DNA from: Azolla caroliniana
Lineage: Eukaryota > Plantae > Polypodiophyta
Length of the DNA stretch: 64,000 nt
NCBI GenBank assembly: GCA_043228905.1
Contig: JBHGNT010000016.1
Coordinates: 6,758,001 to 6,822,000 of the forward strand
Direction: 5' to 3'
The position numbers were made by a program, and so were the translations under genes. The notes beneath the pieces are model-generated. The model ran no database searches, was not told where the DNA came from, and saw only the letters and a program-made list of their open reading frames with translations. The first letter of the stretch is position 1. Each line of letters begins with the position of its first letter. Shown piece by piece: positions 24,731 to 40,600 of this stretch.

Positions 24731-27318
24731 TCACTTGTGATTTACCAGCCCTCCAAGGAGCACTTCACTTGTGATTTGATTGACTTGTTTGTTACCACTT
24801 CCACTCGCTTCTGCAACAATCTCTGTTTCTGTTGTTCCGCTTACACTCGTCAATGATCCATTTGAATCTTCTGCCATTGCAATTGTGGTTTGCAGCTTTA
24901 GAATTCCATTTGTATATGCTGCTTCCTCTATCACATCCTCTTCCAATACACTTACTTGCCCATTTGCTTTAGCATCTTTAGCTTCAACAATACCCGTCTC
25001 TATCACATCCTTTTCCAACACACTGCTTTCCCCATTTATTTTAGCATCCCCCGCTTCACCAACAACTGCCTCTATCACATCCCCTCCTAGAACTCCATTG
25101 CTATTTATAGCATCAAGTGAGACTGAAGGACCATTTGGCTCACTTTGGTCTAGTATGTCATTTGATGAGTCTACTGTATTAGCTATGTGATTTGGCAGGT
25201 CATTTTTATTAGCTATTTGCTTCGATGGTTCATTTGTAATAGCTATTTTCTCTACTAGACCACTTACATTAGCTACTTCCTCTACTAGATCACTTGCATT
25301 AGCTATTTCCTCTACTAGATCACTTGCATTAGCTATTTCCTCTACTAGATCACTTGCATTAGCTATTTCCTCTACTAGATTACTTGCATTAGTTATTTCC
25401 TCTACTAGATCACTTGCATTAGCTATTTCCTCTACTAGATCACTTGCATTAGCTATGTCCTTTGTTGGGTGTCTTGTATTCACTATCTCTTCTGATGTGT
25501 CTATCGAATCCTTGATAGAATCCTTAAAGTCAATAAGTTCCTCTAAAATGCTATCAACTGACTCCAAAGATTCCCATGGCTCGTTGACAGTCACTAGTGA
25601 AACACCTTCAATTGTCTGGAACTTCCGGTTGGACCCCGCTTGCCACTCAAGATCTAAATTTTCACCTTTTCGAATATATTTGAACTCAAGCGTCTTTCCC
25701 ACAGGAACATCCTAGTACAAATTGACGCCACATTAAAAAGGTTATTAAGGCTTAGATTGTATGAATTGATGCATATACTGAGCATCACTATAGACTCAAA
25801 AAACCCAACAGTTTGAGGTAGTGAATATTTACCACTTCTGTGCTCCAGATATGACCTTCTGACCAATCCATAGGTATTGCCGCATCAACATTCCAATCAC
25901 CCAATATAGGATGATTGCCCACAACATAGAACTGCTCTCCGAAATGGCACTCTTTTTCAAGAACAAGCTTCACTTTGGCTTGAGGGCCTAATGAAGTGAA
26001 AACAAATTATCGATTAATCAAAGATATGCACGTAGCAGAGATAAAACTATTGATGCAGATTATATGTATGTTTCTGTTCTATATGTATCTGTGCATGTAA
26101 AATCTCTGTGTGTGATATATCCATATAAAGTATTTATATGTATGTGTATGTGTGTTTTGATATGTATGTGTACGTACATAGGCATATATACGTGTGTCCC
26201 TGAGTTGTAGAGTATGCATGCATGCATGTAGGTAAGTCTGTCTCTCTGTCTGTCTGTCTGTCTGTATGTATGTATGTATGTATGTATGTATGTATGTATG
26301 TATGTATGTATGTATGTCTATCTGTCTCTATGCATGCATGCATGCATGTATGTATGTATGTATGTATGTATGTATGTATGTATGTATGTATGTATGTCTA
26401 TCTGTCTCTATGCATGCATGCATGCATGCATGTATGTATGTATGTATGTATGTATGTATGTATGTATGTATGTATGTATGTATGTCTATCTGTCTCTATG
26501 CATGCATGCATGCATGCATGTATGTATGTATGTATGTATGTATGTATGTATGTATGTATGTATGTATGTCTATCTGTCTCTATGCATGCATGCATGTATG
26601 TATGTATGTATGCATGGCGTATGTATGTGTCATTGCTAACATAAACCATGCAACTTGAGAGAAGATTTTAGGAAACCATATTCTGCGGACTGATTTCCAG
26701 TGATGTCCACAACTTCCTCAGAAGTAGCCGAGAAAGGATCTTCAATGACAGCAACAGACTGATTTCCAGTGATGTCCAAAACTTCCTCAGGAGTAGTGGA
26801 GGAAGGATCTTCAATGACAGCTACATCCTGCACAATGATATCGAGAGCATTTTGAATTACCTCCAGATCTACAACAAATGATTTGACATACAAACAGCTG
26901 ATAACTCTTCTAAGGCTTTCTAAATTGTCAACAATAGGGCTTTTGGTGAGTACATACTTATTGGCCTTAGGGTCTCTAAGGTATCGATAGTAATGTTTCT
27001 AGTCATCAACATTAGGGTTTTGAAGTTAGTACATACTACATAGTTATCAGCATGAGGGCTTCTTTCTTAAAGATGACACAATTAGACGTTCAAATTTATA
27101 CATCCAGATTCCAAACACAATAGGAACAGGAGTCTCAAGATCATCATCACCTGAAGGGATGCAGAGCATAAATGTAGACTTGGGAAGGTAAGGGAAGCCT
27201 TTCTTTTGTTAAAGAAATAGTTGATGGGGGTAGGCTGCCTCTTCAGGAGGCAAGGAAGAGGGGTAGAGCAACTCCTGAACAGGGAGCACACTTTAGTTGC
27301 ACTCATCATACCCTCCAT
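24731..27318 (-). CDS. CBM20 (starch-binding domain) protein, probably plastid-targeted; exons 27318-27151, 26827-26677, 25987-25833, 25711-24731
   Basis: Transit-peptide-like Ser/basic N-terminus; VKLVLEKECHFGEQFYVVGNHPILGDW...MDWSEGHIWSTEV-DVPVGKTLEFKYI...LEWQAGSNR is a typical CBM20 fold; consistent intron phases; acidic repeat tail. Confidence 0.88.
26220..26630. repeat. Compound (TATG)n/(CATG)n microsatellite with higher-order periodicity (intronic)
   Basis: Four blocks of (TATG)n-TCTATCTGTCTC-TATG(CATG)n. Confidence 0.95.
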
Positions 27319-27796
27319 TTCTTCTGATTCTTCTTCTTTCTTTCTTTCTTTCTTTCTTTCTTGATTCTTCTGCTTGATTCTAGCGAGAAAGAGCCTGTGC
27401 TTCAATCAACTCTACTTGGCTTGCTCGCCATAGCTTTCCCCTTTATGTAGTAGTGTACCCCCCCCCCCCACCCTTTCATCATTGGGCCATACCATTGTTT
27501 CCCCGCCCATTCTTCTTCTTCTTTCTTTGTATTCTTCTCTCCCATCTCTTTCCCAAATCCGACAACTTTTCCACACTTTTATCTCCCTTCATCCATCAAA
27601 TGCTCAGTTGATCAATCAACTCTGTGTCTGTGTCTGTGTCTCTCTCAATCACCCAAGCAGTCAAGTGCTTTACCTTACTACCGCTTGATTCCTCCATGAC
27701 TTTCTGTATGCCACCACCAAGCTTCTTATTAGAAAACAACATGTCCTTTCCTTCTTCCTTCTTCCTTCTTCTGTTTTCTTCCTTTCTTTTGGATGG

Positions 27797-27832
<36 letters not shown>

Positions 27833-27914
27833 ATTCTAATTTCTATTACTGAATGTGTGTGAAAAAACACTCCAAGAATAGTTATGGTACCCCGAGTGGC
27901 GCCCATCGCTACAT

Positions 27915-28265
27915 TTGGGGATGGGTAGCGGGACATGTTGAATCGCTCGCCCAATGGGGCCATACGAAGCAAACACTCCATGGTGGGTAGTGGGACATGT
28001 TAAGCTCGCCAGCCAATGGGCCGTACGAAACAAACACTCCGAAGTGTGTAATAATGGGACATGTTGAATCACATGCCAATGGGCCATACGAAACAAACCC
28101 GCTAGAGTGGGTAGTGGTGCATGTTGAATCGCTAGCCAATGGGCCATATGAAACAAACACTTTGGAGTGGGTAGTGTGGGACATGTGGAATTGCTAGCCA
28201 ATGGGCCACGATGAAACAAACACTTTGGAGGTGGGTAGTGGGACATGTTGAATTGCTAGCCAATT
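27915..28265. repeat. ~60-bp tandem repeat, ~6 copies
   Basis: Unit GGGTAGTGGGACATGTTGAATCGCTAGCCAATGGGCCATACGAAACAAACACT..; most units contain TGGGCC. Confidence 0.9.
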
Positions 28266-28399
28266 CCATAACGAAATGAACACTCCCCAAAGGAAAGCAT
28301 TTTCCTCTCTGTCAAATAAACAAAAAATTGCCACATCGGCTCCCTTCCAACTTTCAGTAGAATATGCCATCACATAAATACAAAAGCGTCTTGCGTATA

Positions 28400-28930
28400 C
28401 CATCCCCAATTAGGACACATTCGTCGATCCCAAATATCTCAAGAAGAGGATCTCGATTGAGATCTGCTAAAGTTTGAGAAGCGACGTAATGAAAAGACCA
28501 ACACAAAAGACGAATATGATGCTTTACCCCAACTTACATGTTTTGATCTCCTTTGGCAATACCATTCCGAGATTTCCAACAACTACAAAGGCATTACACA
28601 AACACCAAGCATGCCATAGCAAGCAATAGCTAAAGAACTCAAAAACAACTTGAAAGCTTGCAAGAAGAAGCCCATATCAACTAGTGAGAAGACTCATTAG
28701 AATGGAGATTTTGAAGCCCCAATTGTAGAAGTCCGCATTCAATAAACGTATGTCCAATTAGATCATGACATTGGGCAAGTAATAAAGCAATGCCTACTAT
28801 GTTCCAGTGATGTTGTGCAAAAGAAACACTTCCCATTTTCTTAAGGCATCTTCTAGGGACAAACCTCCCAATCATAACCCTCTAGATCCACCTTAACACT
28901 GAATAGAAGATGGTAGTACTAACCCATCTC
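28400..28930 (-). mobile_element. Highly degenerate LINE fragment
   Basis: Minus-strand residues CHDLIGHTFIEC and a WxxRN-like segment resemble the zf-RVT end of ORF2; frames are broken. Confidence 0.4.
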
Positions 28931-31249
28931 TACCATAGTTGCCATCATTATGTGTGTTTTATGATTTCTCATTCTCACGTAATACTCTCTACCATCCACT
29001 CATGTTTGTGACTTGACATGTGACAAACACCGTTTGAATTTGATTTCATAATACACCTATTTCTTTATATTATCCAATCAACCCCACGTGAAAACTCAAG
29101 GACATCTTCAATAGGGTGTTGCAAAGTTGGCAAACCTTGTATCTTTGAGTGAGTTTCCGTATAACTTCATGGAATACTCAATCATGTCTAGCTATTTCAA
29201 ATTCCATTATTATCCTTTCAGTAGTCGACATTGCATCATATATTGTCACCGATTCAAACCTTGACATTCACAGAAATTGAAGTTGGAACAAATGCATATC
29301 CTTTAGTTACAATGTTCTCAAAGTCCAAAGTACCTCCATTTCCCAGGAATTTGCATTTTCCTTCTGTTGTGGGGATGCAACTATTCTCTCTCTTATGGAT
29401 AGTTGTATATCTTCATAAGCATCCTCTATTTCTTATATTAATCTATATCTATATCTATTTTCACATTGTTCTCTATCTTCATGAACTTCCTATTCCTCCA
29501 TCTGTTTTCAAACCTTCGTGTAATCCCTTTCCCAATGCTTTGTGTAATCTCTAGACACATGTTTAATCTAATCCCCCTTCCTTATTTCTTCTCCATCTGA
29601 CTCTATCTTGGGATCTTTATAGGTAGGCTATGGGAAGACAAACTCTCAAGTCTTAATTCCTATCTTGATTTTGTGTAACGTTGAACAAGTATATTTAACC
29701 TAAACCTCTTGCACAATGGGTTATTGTAAGTTATACTAGAGACAAATCCTTAATCTTTTCTCTTTCATCTTATTAATTATATTCCCTTTCTCCAATTGTC
29801 AAGTTGTACCCCAACCAATTCCTTAACTATTGTTTGTGTGATGTCACATAATTAAATCTCATTCCTTTCATGGTTAGTTAGAAAGTATTTACCACCATTC
29901 ATTGGATTGGGGCCACCTCATAGTAGATTTATAGTAAGTTATGTCCAAACAAATTCTATTCCAAGTATATCAAAGGAAGGAAAAGGACAACACTTTGCAA
30001 TGATCAATAATATAACCATACAATTAGATAAGGATGAGATGAGAAATAAATTTATTTGTCACCACACTCTTATACTGGACGTATTTGTGTGGATTAATGC
30101 ATGAACTTCTTCTTCTTATTGCATTATAGTGGGTCCGTTATATCATTTGAGAGATGTAAATGTAGCACAATATGAGATAAATTTAGACAAAAACACCTTA
30201 AAGAATTCCATCAATCATAAACAAGGTCTTTAACTCATGGATGGAACAAAACTAAAGAAAGAGTGAATTGGTATTTCCGAAATATATACAATAGAGCATC
30301 CTACATCCTCCATGCAATAACATAGAAGTGTTGAAAATAAATAAGAAACAACAAATAAGAAACAACATGCTGGAGTATGAAGCAACCAACAATAGATATT
30401 GCTTCTGTCTAGAAACCTAGGATAAGTTGTATACAAATAAGCAAATTGCATATTTGTGATTTTGTGCATTCATGTTAGACTATCTTCGTTATTGAAGTGA
30501 ATCGTACGTAGAAATGCAAAACGTAAGAAGTGTTATAGATGGGAAAATGTTCACATCACTTGTCTACACTACTTGTGTACTATTGTCCTATCCTCTTATT
30601 GTCATGGTGTTGAATATCCATCTCTTGTATACTGCCGTTTCTTACTTGCCAACCACATTTCAAACCATGCATTTACACTTGTCATTCACATTGGAACATT
30701 AAAGTTGATGTAATGTTAGGGAGCATATGCACCCTTCACATTCACATCAAAGTTCAATTTCGTGGAACATTTAAGTTGATTTAAAGTTGGGGAGCATATG
30801 CACCATTCACAGTTATATCGAAGATGTTACTATCAATTTCATGACTAGATGATGAAGCTTTATTATATTTAAATAATGGGAACCTTATTTCCCTTGATAT
30901 TCCATATTACTTCCTGAAATTTAAATTGGAGTCAAAATGACTAAATGCAATAGTGTCTCATCATCCCGAAACAACAGGTGGAATGAAATTTGAATATAGC
31001 ACACAATTTTTAACATGTTCTAATCCATATACCTCTATTATTACATACCCATGCCTATAAATCTTAAATATGTTTATGAATAATCCTTAACTATAATATT
31101 GTCAAAGCAAAATTGAAACAAGAAATTGCTAGCTAAAAGCATGATGTGAATCATTATGTATATGTATCATATAAAATACTCAGCACATTCCCACCAATTC
31201 CATCTACAAAACTATTGTGCTTATAGGTAAGTTCTCAAGCATGTTTTTT

Positions 31250-32397
31250 TTTTTTGCAAAAAAAACACTACTTCGCATTACTTAGCAAACAAAGTACACC
31301 ATAGACCAACAAATTTCAGCAACCCTCACACTAGCTTTCTCACCAAAGTGGTCATAGTCCCCACCTCATTTTCAACAAAAGTATCCCAACAACTCCTATA
31401 ACCTAGTAATTATTGTACCATATCTATATATATTTACAACACCTGGTCACTAATGGAAACCATTGGTGGAAACAGCCATCGAGGTGCTTGGTAGTTCCAT
31501 TTTAGGCCCTGATGATGATTTGCCCACCATAGGAGAACTACCCCATTTCAGTAGGAACTTTGACCGAGCTCTTTCAGTTGCATCAGATTCCCCCTGAATC
31601 AAAATGTACTATCCTCGCAACCAAGATACCAGTTCGAACAAGATATTTAACAACACCTCACCGCTAGGGAGCTTTTCCTGTTGAAAAACAAACTTAAAAA
31701 GCCTGGTCCAAATGTGCCACATCGATAAACAAGCCACCATCATCCATATCTCTTCAAAAAATTCTGAGTTAGTGCCAGGTCAAACTCCAGCACGTTGAAA
31801 CACCTTGCCACCCCGCACTATAAACCCATGATCATGGGGGTTTAACTGTTCAACCCAACCTTCCCTTGTTAACTTCAGCCCCTATAAGGACCCCCATACA
31901 ACTCTCCCATTCACACCACATGCTGCCACTATCCCGAGACTTCTACCCCAAATGTTAATAGCCTCTCAACAATTCCAAAAACAGTGAGGGATTGATTCCA
32001 AAGAGTGTCCACATATCTTGCAACCAACCTCACCACCACGACACCTCAGCCACTCCCCCACTGGTACTGCTTTATGACTAAGAAGCCACAACCAAAGCTT
32101 TATTTTTTCTAGCATATCGAACGCCCATAGTCTCCACCAAAACAACTTCAACAAGTCATAAGATATGCCTTTGTCCCTCCAACTATTGTGAGTTAGAGCA
32201 GCGCCCATTGATTTGGAGCCAATGATTTTCCTTCCTAGCATAGTAGTGTACTCGAAAAACCTTTCCAGTTTGACCGTTTTCAATTTCTGCCACCACACCT
32301 CTAGTGGATCCCAATCCAAATCACATACGAGCTTGTTGTCAACTATCCAGAGTTTACAATCAGTTTCTAGCTTCCTTGGGTCTGGGTTTACTTGCCA
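31250..32397 (-). mobile_element. 5'-truncated L1-type LINE with poly(A) and TSD
   Basis: zf-RVT peptide KIKLWLWLLSHKAVPVGEWL...CKICGHSLESIPHCFWNC; poly(T) at 31244-31255; direct repeat CTCAAGCATGTTTTTT at 31234-31249 and 32398-32413. Confidence 0.9.
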
Positions 32398-34804
32398 CTC
32401 AAGCATGTTTTTTATTCATATTAATATTGTGGGTTGAAGTCTCAAGTAGTTAGTTTGAAATTGTATTCATGACAAAAAAAACTTTGTAGGTTTAGTTAAA
32501 CATCATGCACACCAACTATTTGCTCCTAAAAATGACTTTGTGAAGCCATTTTCCATAACCCAAGCGCCAAAATAATAATTTTTTCGACAAAATGATATGC
32601 TAATAAACATACATTCACACATGCATTTTCATACCATCAAATAAACTATAGGTTGAAAAACTTTATTGATTTGCGAAAAAAAACACACTTACTACATCAA
32701 AGTCAATGTGAGCTATATCTTACAAAGAGTCTAAGAGACAAATGAAGAATACCAAAACTTGTCATATCAACACATAACTAATGAGATAATATATTGAGCA
32801 TTGAGCAAAACATATTGTCTTTCCCCTTTTTTGATAAGAAAAAGTAGAACAACGATTCTAGCCTTGTAAAAAAGACAAAAACCAATATGCCTTATTTACC
32901 TTTGCAGGAAGGAATTCAGTACTTCAAGTGCTCTAGTGTTGATGATATGCATAACCAAGTTCATCAAATCATTGGATTCATATAAAGAACACTTGATTAA
33001 CAATTTTGAATGAGACATGGCTATCAATGAAAGGGGTTACTTGTGGAGAGAAATGGAAGACGCACGTTACATAGCAAAGTAGGGATGGCCACATAATCAA
33101 CATGTTACTCATAAACAATAAGCTAGTTCATTATGTAGAAATTAAAAAAGAACTATTCATGGACATATGGTTGGTTTGATTTTCAAGTGGAATCATTTTA
33201 CTAAGTAAAAGAGATGAACCTTTAGCTTACACATCCATCCCATTTCATCACGAAGAATAAGAAACATGTAATTTTGAAGGCATCTTGTCAACATGCACAA
33301 ATGCTCCTTAACTAGGAGAATACTATTAGTTGAAGTAATTGATCAAAATCTTATATTGTACACAATAATTGACAATGACTTCAAGAGAAACCATCCAACA
33401 TGACACAATACTTGACTTCATCTAACATTCAAAATATGGAAATAGGCTCAGGGAATGAAAGTTATTCTTTAAACTCTTGAAAAATTTTGGACCCAAATTC
33501 ATGGGTTGACAACCCCATCCCATACCTTCACCTTTAAGACTAGAATACCCAAAACGTGGATTGTCTCTACCCCTTCCCAACAAGGGAATGTAATTAGTCA
33601 CCTATGTTGTCTCAATAAATGTACCTTCATACTAGAATTGCCAAATGTTGACCATGTAATAGAATTAAATAAACAAATTTGAATTTAATGGCCCACATAA
33701 AGTTTTAAGGCAAATATCAACTAATGTAATGTAATGTTGTCAACACGTACATTTCTCATGTTAGTTCAATATCTTCCCAAAGATACTATACCAAACATTT
33801 ATTCAAAAGTAACACAAATGTCATCCATAGTTGCCTGTTGTCCTTGTTAAAAATTGACAGATATGTTTTCCATTGGTACTATGCCATGTTGACAAGTCCA
33901 TGGAATATATCCTGAAATAATATCATGGAATATATCGACAACCTTACAGTATTCTTATTGATTTAGTTCATTGGACTCTAAAAACAGACTGAAACAAGCA
34001 GAAGTCATTTTGGTGCATGATCAAGCACAAGATATCACACAGAATACAGAAGAAATTGTGGCTTGAATTCAAAGGTATGGAGAAGCATGTCAAAAACACA
34101 CCTACTCAGCTTTAGCAATGATTACACACACTTAAGTAAATAGGAGGGTTTGATGTAAATGTTTTAGTAGCAGTAGTCTATCAAGCATACTCACACATGC
34201 TGATTCCGGTTATAATGATCACCCCCAATTTTAGTTCACTGGAAAACGCATCAGCCTATTTTCCGTCAACTTACTGATATCAGAATGGGGACTCATTCTA
34301 GGTTAAATGTGTCAAATTCAAGAGATCATATTCCTGGGTTCACTTCTGCTCATACCCTTATTAAGTTTCCTGGATAAACAACCTCTTTAGAACTTACTGA
34401 TTTAAATGCAAATACCCCGAAGCAGTATTATAGCAGAGAATTCCTACACTACGATAAGCTACATTTACAATAACCTTTTAGTGAAAGGTAAAATATGGAA
34501 TAATAATTCTGTGAGATATGACAATAACTTAACATTCAATGCTGTTTGTTAAGATATGACTTTGCATAGTACCAGAAGGAACCAAGTATGCCTTATAGGG
34601 TGATGATAGGCATCATATATGGTATCACGATATAAATTACCTTCTAGAGTTAGGAAGTTACTGAAGCCAAAACTCAAACTCATGAATACAAGTAGAGATT
34701 GGACAAGTAACTATGAAATATTTAGTTCCACAAATGATGACCGTGCTTGTTCACTCAATCTCTCACTTTTCGAGTGACAAGTATTGAAGACAAACATGAG
34801 TTGC

Positions 34805-36158
<1,354 letters not shown>

Positions 36159-36171
36159 GTCTCAACAATCT

Positions 36172-36450
36172 CTGGAACCCAGAAAAAAAAAAAGTCACGG
36201 AGGAGGAGGATATCAAAAAGGAAGTTAGAGATGGAGGGGGGAAAGAGTCCAAAAATGCGGAGAAGAGAGAGATGGAGATTCAATGGCCGTAAGAGGGTCA
36301 GGAGCAGGAGACAGAAACCCTAATTCTGAAACCCAACAAGCAATAAAACCCAAGCCCAAGTTCAGACACAAACACACACACAATAGACCTTTCTGTCTCT
36401 CTCTCGTGTGAAACCAAAACCCAAGCTTTGGAGACTCATCTCAGCCCCAT
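36172..36450 (-). promoter_or_regulatory. RPS15A leader intron with telo-box and site II-like motif
   Basis: Acceptor TTCCAG just upstream of the ATG, probable donor AAG/GTCTAT near 36388, AAACCCTAA at 36315-36323, AGCCCA near 36353. Confidence 0.6.
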
Positions 36451-37672
36451 GTCCCACTGATGATGAAAAGTCGAGTCTAGGATCAAGACGCACTGTAGTC
36501 TGTCGGTCCCAGAAACTCCATTTGGGGTCCGGTCCAGTCTGGTCCGGCCCTGTCCCCACCCTTATCAGTTGAGTGGAGGTCGTTTGCTTTGCTTTGCGAA
36601 CAATCAAGCCGATGTGTATTTCTTTTTGGCTTCGCAGCCTGCATGGTACGTGATGAAAACCGAACATATTGGCCCCCTCCATAGAATATCCATTTGAATC
36701 GTTGGGCAGGCAAAATGTACATTGCATTTAGATTTCAATGCATCCACCCAATACTGTTATCATCTAGAGCTCTTACAACAATAGTGGGTATCCTTTTGGC
36801 TACTCATCGGGTCTAATTTGGGTTTACCGAACTTGGATAGGTATGAGTAGAAGTTTATCCTTTGTTAGCTATTTTTGTTTGGTCTGTTACAAGTGTAAAA
36901 TGGAAAATAGACTTTCATCATCGATTATGCATCCATGTGCATAATCAATTAATGAAATGTTGATGTATTCAATCTATGATTAAGTGTACCCATGATTTTA
37001 TCCACTAATTTGGAACTACCATCTTAATTCAAGGACATGCCGCTCAAGTAATGTAAATTGATTAAATGGCACATACTATTACTTAGCTAACAATAATGCT
37101 AGCAAGATCGTGACTAGTCAATATTCTCCGTTGATACCCAACACTCTTATCACATGACATACCCATGTACATTTTAGCTTGGTATATAGGTTTACATTAC
37201 TTTGGCACCAACAAATACCTGCATTTAACACAATAACTTGCATCTTTGTTTGTTCTAGACAGTCCCCTTAATACTGTGGGGATGACTCGTTCGAATTCTC
37301 TTTCCCAAATTTAATATCTTAATACTAATTTGTAGGAATTCTGGTACTTGTTTGGGCAACCATTTTTGTAAGGATATGTTAATGATATTGGAAAGATTTA
37401 CAATGGATGACAAGGTATTGTGGATTTCAGAGACTTATTACACTGCTTTCGCTCAAATTGCAATAGTTATATTGCCTTTTCCCAGATACTGGATCCATCC
37501 ATGTCAGTTATTATCAATGGTTTCCATATTACATAATTTGAGGATGGATACGATAAGTGTTTTGGTCCATGTCAGTTTTATCTTCAATGATTCTAATGTG
37601 AGCTTAGTCATTGATATTCAGAATGTGAACAAATGGTTTTCAAAGGAAAAAAGCAGAGGTCAAATGTTTGCT

Positions 37673-40600
37673 TCAACAGATAAAGAGTCTATCTTCGGGA
37701 TTATCGTGTGATGTACTAAAGTAGTTGAGATCAACAACCACATCCCCAAATTCATCTGAAAAGCAATGCATTTAGAGCTTAGAATGAAGCATAAAACCAT
37801 AAGTAAATTCCAAAAAGAAAAATGCGTGTGTTTGTGTGTATTGTACCTTCATATATAGTTCGTACCACATCAACATACTCTGGGACAAGTTCCCTATAGA
37901 TTATTCCATCAGGATGGGCATCCAAGACAATAAGAGATCCTGTATTTGACATAGCAAGTCACCTAATTATGTTTACATATATGTACACATAGATATATAA
38001 TCATTAAAAAATGAAATTTTAGGTTTTACATATTATGCAGATTTCAAGTTACAAATTCAACATGTATGCTTTCCAAAATAACCTATATTTGCTTGCCAAA
38101 ATTTCAGATATATATAATCATATTTAGGTCTTTTTCCCTTTGAAGAATCAGAAACAAGGAAAAATCAAAGGTTTCATACCAGAACTAAGCCATCTCCCTT
38201 CCCTTGAGCCATTACTGGAGCAGTCAGGCATTGGGGCCAACCATAAAATGTTGCGAAAGTTCATGCTATCATCATAAGTCACTGGTGAACCTGAATATGT
38301 AACAAAGCCACTTCACAATCTCTATAACATTCTTGCAAAAGCATATCTGTTATGAGGAAACCCCATAATCTTCAATTTTCAAGTGTTCGTGTACATAACA
38401 CATTACAACCATGCACAATTCTACCCAAGCATGTAGAGACTGATACATCATGTTGATCTCAGTTTCAAAAATACTGTTAGCGATAACTACAAACTGTCAC
38501 TTCTACAAGAAACTACATGCTTAAAAAACTCCAGATTACTACTATGGTTTCTGTATATTAGTATCACAGAAACATAGACGTCTAGGAGTGGTGATATCTT
38601 AATCAAGTACTAAATAAATATAGATTTCAAGTAGTGAGTGTGCTGATTGTGGAAATACCAGAATATACAGATTTCGAGGAGTGATAATGAAAAATGATAA
38701 TCTATCATCCAAAAGAAGAATACCAAAACAATAGGCCACATCGAACCCTTGGATTAATTTAAAGAGAACCAATAGCCACATGCAACCTCACCTACTTGAC
38801 AATAGCCAAGATGCACAGGAAATGTCTCTTCGTTAAAAGCTGGATATTCCCTTGCATGGAATCTGAAGATACAATGTATCTTTAGTACAAACATGTAAGA
38901 CATTGTAATTGAGGAATTCAAGGACAAGGTCAACTCTTACAAAATGCCCAGTCTCCCAGTATCGTGAGCTAAGAATAAGTGACCATGAAACAAGTCGAAT
39001 CGATTCAATGATACATTGAAGCCTACAGATGGTGCCAATTCAGCTATCGCCTCAAAAAGAAAGGCAAAATATGCATTCAGTTCCTGGATAACCCATATAC
39101 AAGGGGATCATTAAGAAACTTGCGTAACAAGTTTATCTGCAAGTAGATTAAAGGGAAATGATCATAAGTTCTAACCTTCTGTTTAAATCGGTGTCCATAA
39201 GTATACTTTGTTAATTGGCAATGATTTTCATTTGATCCCTCCACATCTGGCACCTGTACTGAGTACAAGTTCAATACATATTGATAACTCCTTGTCCAGG
39301 ATGGCATACTTATGATTAACGGGAGTGAACATCCATTGGAATCATCACTTTTGACGTTCTGTCCTCTAATCTTCTCCCTCACCTTCCCTTTTATTTTACA
39401 AACACAGTTTTGCAACTAAAACTTCATTTATTTAGTATTGACACATACGTAGAAATTCTAGAAATTTCTAGCTTCCGTAAATATTTTAGAAGATTACAGC
39501 CTCCTGACTTTCTTAAAGGTTTCTTTTCCACTTCAACTAAATAGGTTACCTACAAGACTCATGTGAAATAAATTTTCTTGAGTTCTAGCTCCTGTCTTTT
39601 AACCTAGCCTTATCTTGTCTGAAATCCTTTGACAATTGCAACTAGCAATTTTAGGCTTATAAAAAATGCAACCAATGATTATTTCATTCATGATGCAAGT
39701 TGCCATTCCTTGAACAAAATTTCCACAAATATTGAATTTTTGTGATTACATGATTACTGTATCCTACGTTTAGATGACTTGTTTCCTTAAAATGAGGCTC
39801 ATTACGACATTAGCTATTTAGTCATAACAATTGTCAAGATGTGTATCAGTGGAATGGTAAATCTCATATGGTAATGTATGGCCAACGAATAAGAATGTAA
39901 TGATGTTTTTGACAGACAAAGGAATGTTATATAGTAAGTCTGATAATTTCCAATTATCTGCACAGCATTAACTCCACTTGAAACTGGCCCATGGAATTTT
40001 CGGATGGCAGAATACCACAAGTTGAACCACCACATCAGTTAAAAATTTCAGCAGAGGCATATCCCATATATACAAAGACACAACTCCTTAAAAGTTTGAA
40101 TTTAGTAATACATAATTTCACATCCATGAACTTAAACTGGTCCTGAACAAGGAAGACAACGCCCTATTGGATTGGCACCCCTTTCAGTATTTCTTTATTG
40201 ATCAACATAAGAGGATAAAATAAGATAGTCAAACCCTAAAAGCACCTCCTATAACACTGCTTCCTTCACAATGAACTGTATTCATAAACTCTTGAATAGC
40301 CTCCATTGCATGAGCATTTGGTTTGTTTGTATATGCACAAGTCACACCACTAATCGATGATAGCACAAACACAAGTGTGTGAACTCCCCTCCTCCTCTGG
40401 GGTGAAACATGTAATATATCATTTGTATACTATCAGATGGCCTCCATGAAATATATGCTCAATTTGTTTCTGTATGCATTTCCTACTAATTTTCTCACAA
40501 AGATTTCAGCAATCTGATCTCTCTTTTGTATACACATTTGAGCCTGTTTCCTGCAGCCCAATCACAAAGCTTCTCACACTCTCACAGATTGCTCATACCA

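Noticed and set aside
26134-26658. MYVC/HTYI-repeat ORFs here and at 11472-12020, 49103-49585, 50122-50774 and 60761-61373
   Set aside because: Translations of (TATG)n/(TACA)n microsatellites or TG-rich low-complexity DNA; not proteins.
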